From positions 64,001 to 128,000 of IMG/VR virus record IMGVR_UViG_3300037067_008064: DNA of 64,000 bases; one strand, written 5' to 3'. Positions 38,470 to 46,700 of this stretch are shown here, one piece after another (positions within the stretch are counted from its first letter, which is position 1; each line of letters opens with the position of its first letter). The DNA is from a virus. Lineage: Duplodnaviria > Heunggongvirae > Uroviricota > Caudoviricetes. The translations under genes were made by a program, and so were the position numbers. Below the pieces are notes generated by a model. That model did not search any database. It had not been told where the DNA came from and saw only the letters and a list, made by a program, of their open reading frames with translations.

Positions 38470-39075
38470 TTAACCAAATGTTAATTCTCCTAATACCACT
38501 AATTGAAGCCAAATATCAGCATCTTCTACATCATATTCTTCTAATTTAAGATTAGAATAGTTATTTGGATATTGTTCTTTAAATAAACGTGTTCCTTTTT
38601 TAATTGATGCTGTATTAATATATCCTAAAATTTCATTTTCATCTTCAGCATCTCTAATAGGAATAGATTCACCCGCTTGTACTGCTAAAAATATTCTATC
38701 AACCGTTGGTGTACCGCGTGTTCCATATTTTCTATATATTTCACCGGCGTCATGACCAAGGTAATACCAATAATTAGAACCACCTTCAAATGCTGTTACT
38801 AAAAGATCATTTATATCTTCATCACTTATAGACCAAAATGATGATTTAGTTTCATTTATTTTTTTTGCTTTCATTTCTTCTTTATCTTTTTTTGTTGGTT
38901 TATAGTATCTAAAAGTTAATGCTTTTTTTCCATTAATAGTTGGTACTCCGTGTTCATCTTTTCCAAATCTTTTAATTTTAATTTTCTTATTTTTCCATTT
39001 TCCCATTAAAACAGTATCACCAACTTTAATTGGTAATACTAATTTTTCATCTAATGATTCAGAAACAAGTTTCAT
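38470..39075 (-). CDS. Two-module protein, each module starting with a tag (MKLVSESLDE; internal MKAKKINE)
   Basis: Internal copy of the N-terminal motif near residue 68. Confidence 0.7.
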   Translation of the reverse strand: MKLVSESLDEKLVLPIKVGDTVLMGKWKNKKIKIKRFGKDEHGVPTINGKKALTFRYYKPTKKDKEEMKAKKINETKSSFWSISDEDINDLLVTAFEGGSNYWYYLGHDAGEIYRKYGTRGTPTVDRIFLAVQAGESIPIRDAEDENEILGYINTASIKKGTRLFKEQYPNNYSNLKLEEYDVEDADIWLQLVVLGELTFG

Positions 39076-39929
39076 TACATACCAATTAAATTTAAAAGTT
39101 CATTATATAAATAATCTGGGTCGTCATCATATCTTCCATCTTGCCAATCCATTACCAACTTTGCAAATTCATGATGGTTATCTTCATTAATACCGGATTT
39201 TTTAGCTGCTTGTAAAGCAACTTGTGGAACACTAAACCATGTGCCCATTTCTTGAAGCATATCGTATAATGTAGTTCCTTGATTAAATCCTTCATTTAAT
39301 TTACCAAAATCAATTTGTTTAAATGCTTCAATTTTACAAGCTGTATATTTTTGATCTTTTTTTAAATGTTTCTTTCCATATTCTCTAGCTTCGCCAGCTT
39401 TTTCAAATCCTCCAACTACATTTGTTAAATCCCACCCACCAGCATTAGGTAATTTCTTTTCAAAATAAACTACATAAGGACCTTTAAGTTTTTTAACTTT
39501 AGCTTTTAAAGATTCTTCTACCTTAGTTTTTTCTTCCTTTGGTTCTTCTTCTTTTTCTTTAATAGCTTTCTTTGGTTCTTTTTTAATAGCTTTTGCTTCT
39601 ACTTTAGGCAGTGTTTCTTTAACCTTTGGTGTGGTTTTAGCTTCTACTTTAATGCTTCCAGATTTTGATTTAATTTCTGGTTTAAAATCAGATGCACCTT
39701 TAGTTGAATATCCTGGTTCAAATTTAGCTGTACCAAGTCTCATTTCAACTTTAACTTCTACTTTTCCTTTTTGATATTCTGATTTTAACCATTTATAAGT
39801 TTTTTGATTTGTATCTGGTATAATCATTCCTTCATCTGGAACTTTAGCTGTTGGATTATCTTTCATTTCAGCTTCTTCATTTAGTTTTTCTAAATAATCA
39901 CTCATTTTAAAATCACCGGATGTTTTCAT
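39075..39929 (-). CDS. Lys/Glu-rich multi-module protein with LNE motifs
   Basis: EKLNEE, VEESL, KLNEGF. Confidence 0.6.
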   Translation of the reverse strand: MKTSGDFKMSDYLEKLNEEAEMKDNPTAKVPDEGMIIPDTNQKTYKWLKSEYQKGKVEVKVEMRLGTAKFEPGYSTKGASDFKPEIKSKSGSIKVEAKTTPKVKETLPKVEAKAIKKEPKKAIKEKEEEPKEEKTKVEESLKAKVKKLKGPYVVYFEKKLPNAGGWDLTNVVGGFEKAGEAREYGKKHLKKDQKYTACKIEAFKQIDFGKLNEGFNQGTTLYDMLQEMGTWFSVPQVALQAAKKSGINEDNHHEFAKLVMDWQDGRYDDDPDYLYNELLNLIGM

Positions 39930-39954
39930 AGTATAAATTTATTTTAATATATAT

Positions 39955-40566
39955 TTAAGTAAAAAAAATTCTTTTTGCATTTTGATTACCTTTTAAAGAA
40001 ATACGTAATTTTCTAATATGTTCTTCTGAAAACTTTTTTCCTTTATGAGATTCACTATTTTTTCTTTTACTTTCTTCAGAAAAACAATTCTTTAATCCTT
40101 TATTCCAGGGAATATTATTTTTTAAAGTATTGCTTATCTTTTCTCTTGTTTCTTTTGATATTTTTTTACCTTCATTTCCTTTTTTAATTTTTAATTTAGT
40201 TTCTTCAGAATGAGGTTCACGTTTAACTCCTTTATGAGAATTACTCATTTTTCTTTTACTTTCTTCAGATACACTTCCTTTAAATTTATTACCACCTTTG
40301 GGACTTATATTATAACCATTAGGATATAAAGTATTAAACTGATTTATATATTTTTCTTGAGCTAAAAATGCTTCTTCTCTATTATTAAAATGTTCTAAAA
40401 TTTCTCTTTTAAAATTTGATTTACCATATTTCTTAATAGCATGTTGAAAATAAGGTCTGCCGCTCCCTAAATACCCATCATTTAAATTATTTGTTGAATG
40501 ATCACCAATATATTGGTTTCCATTAATTAAATTTGTTGTTATATAAACATAGTGAAATTGTTTCAT
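39955..40566 (-). mobile_element. Free-standing GIY-YIG homing endonuclease (NUMOD3 repeats)
   Basis: [21 protein letters not shown]...GYLGSG; [14 protein letters not shown] repeats. Confidence 0.9.
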
Positions 40567-40580
40567 TATTTATTATTTTT

Positions 40581-40605
40581 AAAAACACCCACTATCGTAG
40601 GGTGT
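40581..40605 (-). terminator. Hairpin plus U-tract closing the tmRNA coding piece
   Basis: acaccc-tacgatagt-gggtgttttt on - strand. Confidence 0.7.
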
Positions 40606-40810
40606 GCACGTGAAACTGAGTGCTTCTTAAGCAGCCATTTTCATTTCATAACTATTTTCGCCAGTTATTGCGTTATTAGGATATTCTCTATTACTTAATC
40701 AATGCTGTCAAAATCCTGTCAGCCCCTAAATTTTAATAGTAGTGGAGCTGGGGAGATTCGAACTCCCGTCCAAACATCTATACCTCATAAATAGACTTAC
40801 ATTGTAAGTC
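40581..40810 (-). ncRNA. ssrA: tmRNA, circularly permuted (two-piece) arrangement, tag GENSYEMKMAA
   Basis: - strand order: T arm GGGAG-TTCGAAT-CTCCC and 3' acceptor CAGCTCC-A (ends 40743), 16-nt spacer, 5' end GGGGCTGACAGGATTTTGAC (starts 40726), AATAACT-GGC resume site, tag ORF 40662-40627; G3.U70 pair present. Confidence 0.9.
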
Positions 40811-40814
40811 ACTC

Positions 40815-41102
40815 CTAATCTCTTTTTGGAAAATAATAACTATTTCCATATTTTTCTTTCATAAAATTATCAATTGCATGAGACCATTTTAAATACTGAT
40901 TGGCTTTTTCAATAATAATTTCATAAGCTATTTTAATATTATCATCTGGAAATAAATTTAAATGATATGTATATTTACTATTATGTATATTCTCATATAT
41001 TTTAATTAAATCCAAGTATCTATATCTATATTTTTTAACTAAAGAAATTAATCTTTTTTTACTTTTTTTATCTAAACATTTAAAATCCGGTTTAGTTTTC
41101 AT
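40815..41102 (-). CDS. Hypothetical protein
   Basis: ORF behind variant TTTAACA box. Confidence 0.5.
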   Translation of the reverse strand: MKTKPDFKCLDKKSKKRLISLVKKYRYRYLDLIKIYENIHNSKYTYHLNLFPDDNIKIAYEIIIEKANQYLKWSHAIDNFMKEKYGNSYYFPKRD

Positions 41103-41145
41103 ATTTATAATATAATATTCTAGAGTGCAAAATAACTAAAAATTT

Positions 41146-41162
41146 TGTTAACTAATGTTAAA
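41146..41162 (-). promoter_or_regulatory. Tandem TTTAACA box (variant)
   Basis: tttaacattagttaaca on - strand upstream of 41102 and ssrA. Confidence 0.6.
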
Positions 41163-42933
41163 AGATTGCTTCTTCACCTCCAGCCTCTGGAGTTGCTGCT
41201 TCGCCGCCTCCTTCTCCGCCCCCAAGTTCTGGACCACTTAATCCGCCACCAAATTCACTGCCAAATTCGCTTCCCATTCCAGGGCCTTCACCTCCTTCTC
41301 CTTCTTTTGTTGATTTTGAATAAGCACGTTGTAATTTTCTTATTAATTCTCTTCTTTGTTGTTTGTATTTTTCATTCAATTTAAAATCACTATCTGTCCA
41401 ATCCATATACTTTTCAGCTGCAAATTTAGGGTCAACATAATTACTGTCAACAACAGTACCTGTTCCATCTACAATTTGTTCTTTTATATTGCTTAAATTA
41501 CCTATTAATTCAGCACCTTTATTTGCAATTTCTCTTTCTTTTGCTAAGGTAAATAAATTTTCTTCAACATATTTCATACCCAAAGAACCTTTTAAAATTT
41601 TATCTTTAGCAAATTCTGGGTGTTTTAAACAAAACTGGTTCCATGTTGGTTTAAGAAGTAATTCTTGATACATAGATCTAATTCTTTTAATAAAGTAAGA
41701 AAATCTCATTTCTTCTCTTATTAGGCCTTCTGACCCCGCCTGCCATGTTGCTGGTGATGCTCCTTCTGCGCCACCACCCATACTAATTCTACTTGATGGA
41801 ACCTTTGAGTCAGTTATAAATTTTAACCAAAAATATCTTAATTGTTCAGTACTATTCATATCATAGCCTTCTGGTTTTACAGAAGATATATCAACTGATT
41901 GACCTTGTTCTCTTACAGGTATCATCCAAGTTTTAGCAAATGAGAAATTTGGTTGACCATTAATGGTTACTTCACCACTTTCATAATTAACTAATAAATC
42001 TTCTTTATAAAAAGCTCTTAATTCAGATAAACGTGTTCTTGCTTTAGATTCATTTTGAGTTCCAATAGGTACTTTAATAACCATTCTTTGTTGTGAATTC
42101 CATACATTCCAAATTAATCTTGAATTTTCAAGTGTACGCAACATGTTAAAAGACCTTACTAATCTTTCAACATAAGATAATCTTGAAATAAAATTACTCT
42201 TTGCCCATGAAATATAAATAACATTTGCATCTAATAATTCTCTATGTAATTTAGCATCACCTTCATGTTGAATCCATACTCTAATATCATTTCCGTCTTC
42301 TGTTTTTCTAATTTCAGTTTTAAGAGTAATTGGGTCCATTTCTTTAAACTCAATTATTTCAGTGGCTTCTCCATTTTCATTTTCATCATATATTATTTCA
42401 AATGCTATAAACCCATCAATTAAAAATTTCTTTAAATAACTCCATGCATCATCACCACTGTTAAATCCAAATGTAAAATATATTTTTTTAAAAGCAGCAT
42501 TTAAATCATCTACAATTTCTTTTGCTTTTTCTTCCTTTATTATAGATTTAAGATTTTTAGTATTTGGATATACAAAATAATTATTGTCATCATATACGAT
42601 TGTTTCATCTGCTATTATATCAAGAACATATTCAATTTCTCCGTTCATTGCAAACCTACGAAGAAAATCTCTTCTTGTTGCATATTCAGAATCGTAATAA
42701 GCAATAAATTCTTTTTGTGTTGGGTCATATTGGTTTGGTGACCCCATTAAAGAATATGGTGTTAATCCAACTGAATCTTCTTCTGCTAAACCAATAGAAC
42801 GAGATTGTTTTATAACCTTGTCATCCCATTTCATTCCTAAGGAACTTAGGAATTGAATATTTCTTGGAATAGTAGTAAAAGTACTTTTATTTTTTGAGCC
42901 CGTTTCTAAGCTTCTTAATTCAAAACCTGCCAT
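41158..42933 (-). CDS. Portal protein, T4 gp20-like
   Basis: EIEYVLDIIADETIVYD, FLIDG, NMLRTLENSRLIW; Gly/Glu-rich C-terminal tail. Confidence 0.9.
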   Translation of the reverse strand: MAGFELRSLETGSKNKSTFTTIPRNIQFLSSLGMKWDDKVIKQSRSIGLAEEDSVGLTPYSLMGSPNQYDPTQKEFIAYYDSEYATRRDFLRRFAMNGEIEYVLDIIADETIVYDDNNYFVYPNTKNLKSIIKEEKAKEIVDDLNAAFKKIYFTFGFNSGDDAWSYLKKFLIDGFIAFEIIYDENENGEATEIIEFKEMDPITLKTEIRKTEDGNDIRVWIQHEGDAKLHRELLDANVIYISWAKSNFISRLSYVERLVRSFNMLRTLENSRLIWNVWNSQQRMVIKVPIGTQNESKARTRLSELRAFYKEDLLVNYESGEVTINGQPNFSFAKTWMIPVREQGQSVDISSVKPEGYDMNSTEQLRYFWLKFITDSKVPSSRISMGGGAEGASPATWQAGSEGLIREEMRFSYFIKRIRSMYQELLLKPTWNQFCLKHPEFAKDKILKGSLGMKYVEENLFTLAKEREIANKGAELIGNLSNIKEQIVDGTGTVVDSNYVDPKFAAEKYMDWTDSDFKLNEKYKQQRRELIRKLQRAYSKSTKEGEGGEGPGMGSEFGSEFGGGLSGPELGGGEGGGEAATPEAGGEEAIF

Positions 42934-42957
42934 CTTTTAGTATTTTATTATATATAT

Positions 42958-43635
42958 TTATGCATTAATATTCTTAAAGACATAATATAAATCCTGTATT
43001 GCTTTTTCATTTAATAATTTAAATGCTTCATTGGGTTTAAAAAATGGAATATATTTCCACTCCTCATATTCAATTAATCTAAGTTGAATTATTTTTTTAA
43101 AATTGTATTTTCGAAAAGCATAATCAAAACTTGCATTAAATTTTTTATTGAAAATTTTCATGAAAATAGAAGTATTGTTTCCGGATTTAATATATCGTAT
43201 AAAGTTTTCGTTGATTCTTAATTTATCGTTTTGTGTATAATTTTCAACATCAGAAAAAAATTCTTTATAAATATCATAATAATAATCTAAAAATTTTAAT
43301 CTTTCTTCTTCTGGAAGCATATTAAAATTAATCCCATTAAAATAATCTTTTCCATTATTAATGCAAAATACAATAGGTATGTAATCTATATAATTTTTTT
43401 TACTGTTTTGAAAAAGATTTTGTATTCCTTCTTTATAAATAAATGTGTAAATCATACCGGGTAATGGTATAATTCCTTTTAATAAACTTTCTTGATCTGT
43501 TGAATCTATTTCAGTTCTTTTTGCAAATCCTTTAATATTATGTTTGATATATTTTTCAAAAAGTACTTCTCTTGCTGTACCTTCAGGATTTGTAATTTTT
43601 TTACATTCCTCATATTGTTCTGAAAATTTAATCAT
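42958..43635 (-). CDS. DNA end protector, T4 gp2-like (start moved to MIKFSE)
   Basis: PGMIYTFIY...YIDYIPIVF...GINFNMLP..R. Confidence 0.65.
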   Translation of the reverse strand: MIKFSEQYEECKKITNPEGTAREVLFEKYIKHNIKGFAKRTEIDSTDQESLLKGIIPLPGMIYTFIYKEGIQNLFQNSKKNYIDYIPIVFCINNGKDYFNGINFNMLPEEERLKFLDYYYDIYKEFFSDVENYTQNDKLRINENFIRYIKSGNNTSIFMKIFNKKFNASFDYAFRKYNFKKIIQLRLIEYEEWKYIPFFKPNEAFKLLNEKAIQDLYYVFKNINA

Positions 43636-43645
43636 TTCGTATCTA

Positions 43646-44245
43646 TTATGTTTTATTAAAACGCATAAGAATATTCTTAAGTGTTTCTTCTGTAAAAATA
43701 TAAAATTTACAATTATTTTTCTGAGCCCAAGCATTAATAGCAGCAAATTTAGCTTCATTTGATAAATATTCTTTTGCTTTATTAACAAATTGTCTTTGTT
43801 CTCTTAATGGTGCATCTTTAACTGGAGGAACTGGTTTTTTTAATTTATGACTTGGTTTTATTTCTATAAATATTTTTTCTAATACACCATTATTATTTTC
43901 TTGTTCAATCCAAAAATCAACATTATAATATTTTATTTTCCAATTTACTGGGTTATTTGGGTTTAACCCTAATTTTTGATTTTCTTCCAACTTAGCTGTT
44001 CTATCATAGTATGGAACCCTAATTGGTTCCGCACTCCATCTTTTAATAGATGTACTGTAATCACAATATTTACAAAATGCAAATTCCCAACTTGACCTAT
44101 AAATAATAAGGTCTATTGGTCCAACATATTTACTTGGATTTTCTGGTTTATAATATCCTTGTTTAGACCACGATGTTCCACCTTCAGCTTTTGTTCCAGT
44201 TAAATTAGGTTTATGCCATTTTTTATATGCAGAATTATAATCCAT
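43646..44245 (-). CDS. Head completion nuclease, T4 gp4-like (TnsA fold)
   Basis: YRSSWE, WSAEPIRVPY, YNVDFWI, IEIKP. Confidence 0.9.
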   Translation of the reverse strand: MDYNSAYKKWHKPNLTGTKAEGGTSWSKQGYYKPENPSKYVGPIDLIIYRSSWEFAFCKYCDYSTSIKRWSAEPIRVPYYDRTAKLEENQKLGLNPNNPVNWKIKYYNVDFWIEQENNNGVLEKIFIEIKPSHKLKKPVPPVKDAPLREQRQFVNKAKEYLSNEAKFAAINAWAQKNNCKFYIFTEETLKNILMRFNKT

Positions 44246-44948
44246 TTATTTTATTATTTTTACAATTATTTCCATGACACCTGTTATATATATTTAAAGG
44301 AATTACTTTATTACAATAAATACATTTAATTCTTGAATTTATTGAACCTATACTTATTTTATTTTTAACTTCTTCAGTTTTTTTAATTCCTTTTTTACCA
44401 TTACTTATTTTAATTTTAGTTTGAATTGATTGTATTCTACCTAAATTTTTATTTGTATTTCCATTTATATAATTTTTTCTTGATTCTTCTGTACATATTT
44501 TTCCTTTGTTACTTATAGATATTTTTTCGCGTGTTTCTTTAGTGACAATATGATTTTTTAAAGTTTTAGATATTTTTTCATTCCATTCTTTAGTATGTTT
44601 TATATTTTTTAATTTAGTTCTAGTTTCATCAGAAATTGGAGTATGTTTAATTATTTTAATTACATAATCATAATCTTTTGCTGAAATTTCATATTTACGT
44701 TTATTCATAAAAGACATTAAATGAAACGCATGATTTATTTTTTTATTTCCTTTATAAATTTTTGTTAATAATTTATGTGCTATAAAATGTTCTTTTGCTG
44801 TCAATAAAACTAAATTTTCTTTTTCATTAGTACCATTTAAACATTTAGGAATAATATGATGTTTTTCATAATAATATTTTTTACTCTTTTTTCTTGATTG
44901 TATTTTAGCATTATTTATTAATTTTTCATATGTTTTTTGATAATCCAT
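44235..44948 (-). mobile_element. Free-standing HNH homing endonuclease
   Basis: EKHHIIPKCLNGTNEKENLVLLTAKEHFIAHKLL; paralog of 32628..33194. Confidence 0.9.
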
Positions 44949-45006
44949 TTTAATTTATATATTCATAAAAAATACTAATATTTATATGATTCATTATATG
45001 GCATAT

Positions 45007-45528
45007 TTAAATAACTATTTTATTACCTAACCCATCTGAATAAACAAATTGCTTTGATTTTAATTTAATTTTGATATTCTTTTTCTTAGTATATTCTTTT
45101 CCTTTTCCCGGTTGAACATATGCAATAGTCATATGAGGGTGATAATCTGGGTAGTCTGAAGTAATTTTAAAATTATCTTTAAAGATATTATTTAATTTTT
45201 TTAGTTGTTCAGATATTATGTCAAACTTCACTACATCATAATTTTTATAATCATCTTTTGGAAAAATTGATATTTTTTTAGTATAAACATCTTCTGGTAA
45301 TTTATTTGAAAGGTGTTTTTTAATATCATCTATTATACCATCATAATTGTTAAATCCATATATTACAGTACAGTGTGCTTCAAACTCTAATCCAAAATCA
45401 TGATTTTCATCATCATAAACATCTTCTTCTTTAATATAGTTTTTAATGAAATAATCCCAATTTTCGATATCAAAAAATAACATTAAACAACCAAAACTGG
45501 CTCCAGATCTTTCATTTATGCTTATCAT
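45007..45528 (-). CDS. 2H phosphoesterase, T4 gp57B/Acb1-like
   Basis: Two HxT motifs: AHCTVIYG and SDYPDYHPHMTIAY. Confidence 0.75.
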   Translation of the reverse strand: MISINERSGASFGCLMLFFDIENWDYFIKNYIKEEDVYDDENHDFGLEFEAHCTVIYGFNNYDGIIDDIKKHLSNKLPEDVYTKKISIFPKDDYKNYDVVKFDIISEQLKKLNNIFKDNFKITSDYPDYHPHMTIAYVQPGKGKEYTKKKNIKIKLKSKQFVYSDGLGNKIVI

Positions 45529-45878
45529 ATACTATATATTGAATTATTGTTAATGCTTATTTTATTTTTCTTTGGAAAATTTCCATAAAGCTTTCTCCAA
45601 CTTTTACTAAATCCATTATGTATCACTTGCGAAAAATAAGCAAAAGCATTCTGTGAAACACTTGGGTCATACCCTCTCCAATACATATAGCAATCTATTA
45701 CTGCAAAAGATATACAATCTTCTCTATCTTGTTCATATTGATATGAATATCTTCTTGAATATTTATTAGCCATTAATTGAAACATTTTAATTGCATCGTC
45801 AGATATTTTATCTTTTTCTTTGCATTTAATTATTTCTTCTCTTAGAATTGCATTTTTAACATGATGAACTGTTGCCAT
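45525..45878 (-). CDS. Late transcription sigma factor, T4 gp55-like (short)
   Basis: REDCISFAVIDCYMYWRGYDPSVSQNAFAYFSQVIHNGF matches gp55 core pattern. Confidence 0.75.
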   Translation of the reverse strand: MATVHHVKNAILREEIIKCKEKDKISDDAIKMFQLMANKYSRRYSYQYEQDREDCISFAVIDCYMYWRGYDPSVSQNAFAYFSQVIHNGFSKSWRKLYGNFPKKNKISINNNSIYSI

Positions 45879-45922
45879 AATTTCATATTTTTATATTATA
45901 TGAGGATCAAAGGGAATAAGTT

Positions 45923-46681
45923 TTATTCTTGCTTTTGATTATCTAATGGGTGGGTTGAAACATATTTATATCTTTCTTGAATAACATAGCTAAATGTGTG
46001 TTGTAATAATAAAGTCGAGGTTATTTTAATTCTAAGATTTTTATCATTAATAACATCATCATGAATAGAATATAAATCTTCTTGATATTTTTCTATAAGT
46101 TCTACTAATTTTGGTCTTATTGTAATTAAAAAATCATTTTCAAATTGATTATAATATTCTCTTATTTCATATCTAGCATAATCAACTTTAGCTTTTAATT
46201 CTGCTTTTGTCATATTTGATATGCCAGTTTTAATAATTTCTGTAATCATTTGTTTTACAAGTGCAGCTGATAATTCAAAAAAAGCAGTTATTTTATAATC
46301 ATTATTAATAAATCCTTCTGCATTAATTAAAACATTATCAATTGCTTTATCTATATCTGCTTTTTCTATTAAATCTGATACTACTTTAGTTGTTGTTCTA
46401 ATATTATCAAATAATTTATTATGATCTGTGGTATTAGAAGTATCTAATTTAACTACTGATTTTTTAATTTCTTCTAAATCATTTTTTGTAGATGTAAAAT
46501 TAATTTCAATATTAGCAACATTTTCTGCAATTTTTTTAATAGTTTCTTTCATTTCTTTAGTACCTCTGCTTTTAAATGTATAAATAGCAGCTGCTATTGC
46601 TGCGCCTATAGCACCGGCAGCAGTAATAATATTAAATATATCATTTACACTATTAATTCCAAATATAAGTAATAACCCCAT
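45923..46681 (-). CDS. N-terminally membrane-anchored coiled-coil protein
   Basis: Hydrophobic IITAAGAIGAAIAAAIY then helical domain. Confidence 0.6.
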   Translation of the reverse strand: MGLLLIFGINSVNDIFNIITAAGAIGAAIAAAIYTFKSRGTKEMKETIKKIAENVANIEINFTSTKNDLEEIKKSVVKLDTSNTTDHNKLFDNIRTTTKVVSDLIEKADIDKAIDNVLINAEGFINNDYKITAFFELSAALVKQMITEIIKTGISNMTKAELKAKVDYARYEIREYYNQFENDFLITIRPKLVELIEKYQEDLYSIHDDVINDKNLRIKITSTLLLQHTFSYVIQERYKYVSTHPLDNQKQE

Positions 46682-46700
46682 TATTAGTAATTTATTTTAG

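Noticed and set aside
39955-40726. One-piece tmRNA interrupted by the GIY-YIG gene or an intron
   Set aside because: No T arm or acceptor 3' end downstream of the endonuclease; the matching 3' end is upstream of the 5' end
32628-44948. Group I introns housing the endonucleases
   Set aside because: Flanking genes are complete with their own starts and stops and there is no non-coding space for intron cores; the endonucleases are free-standing
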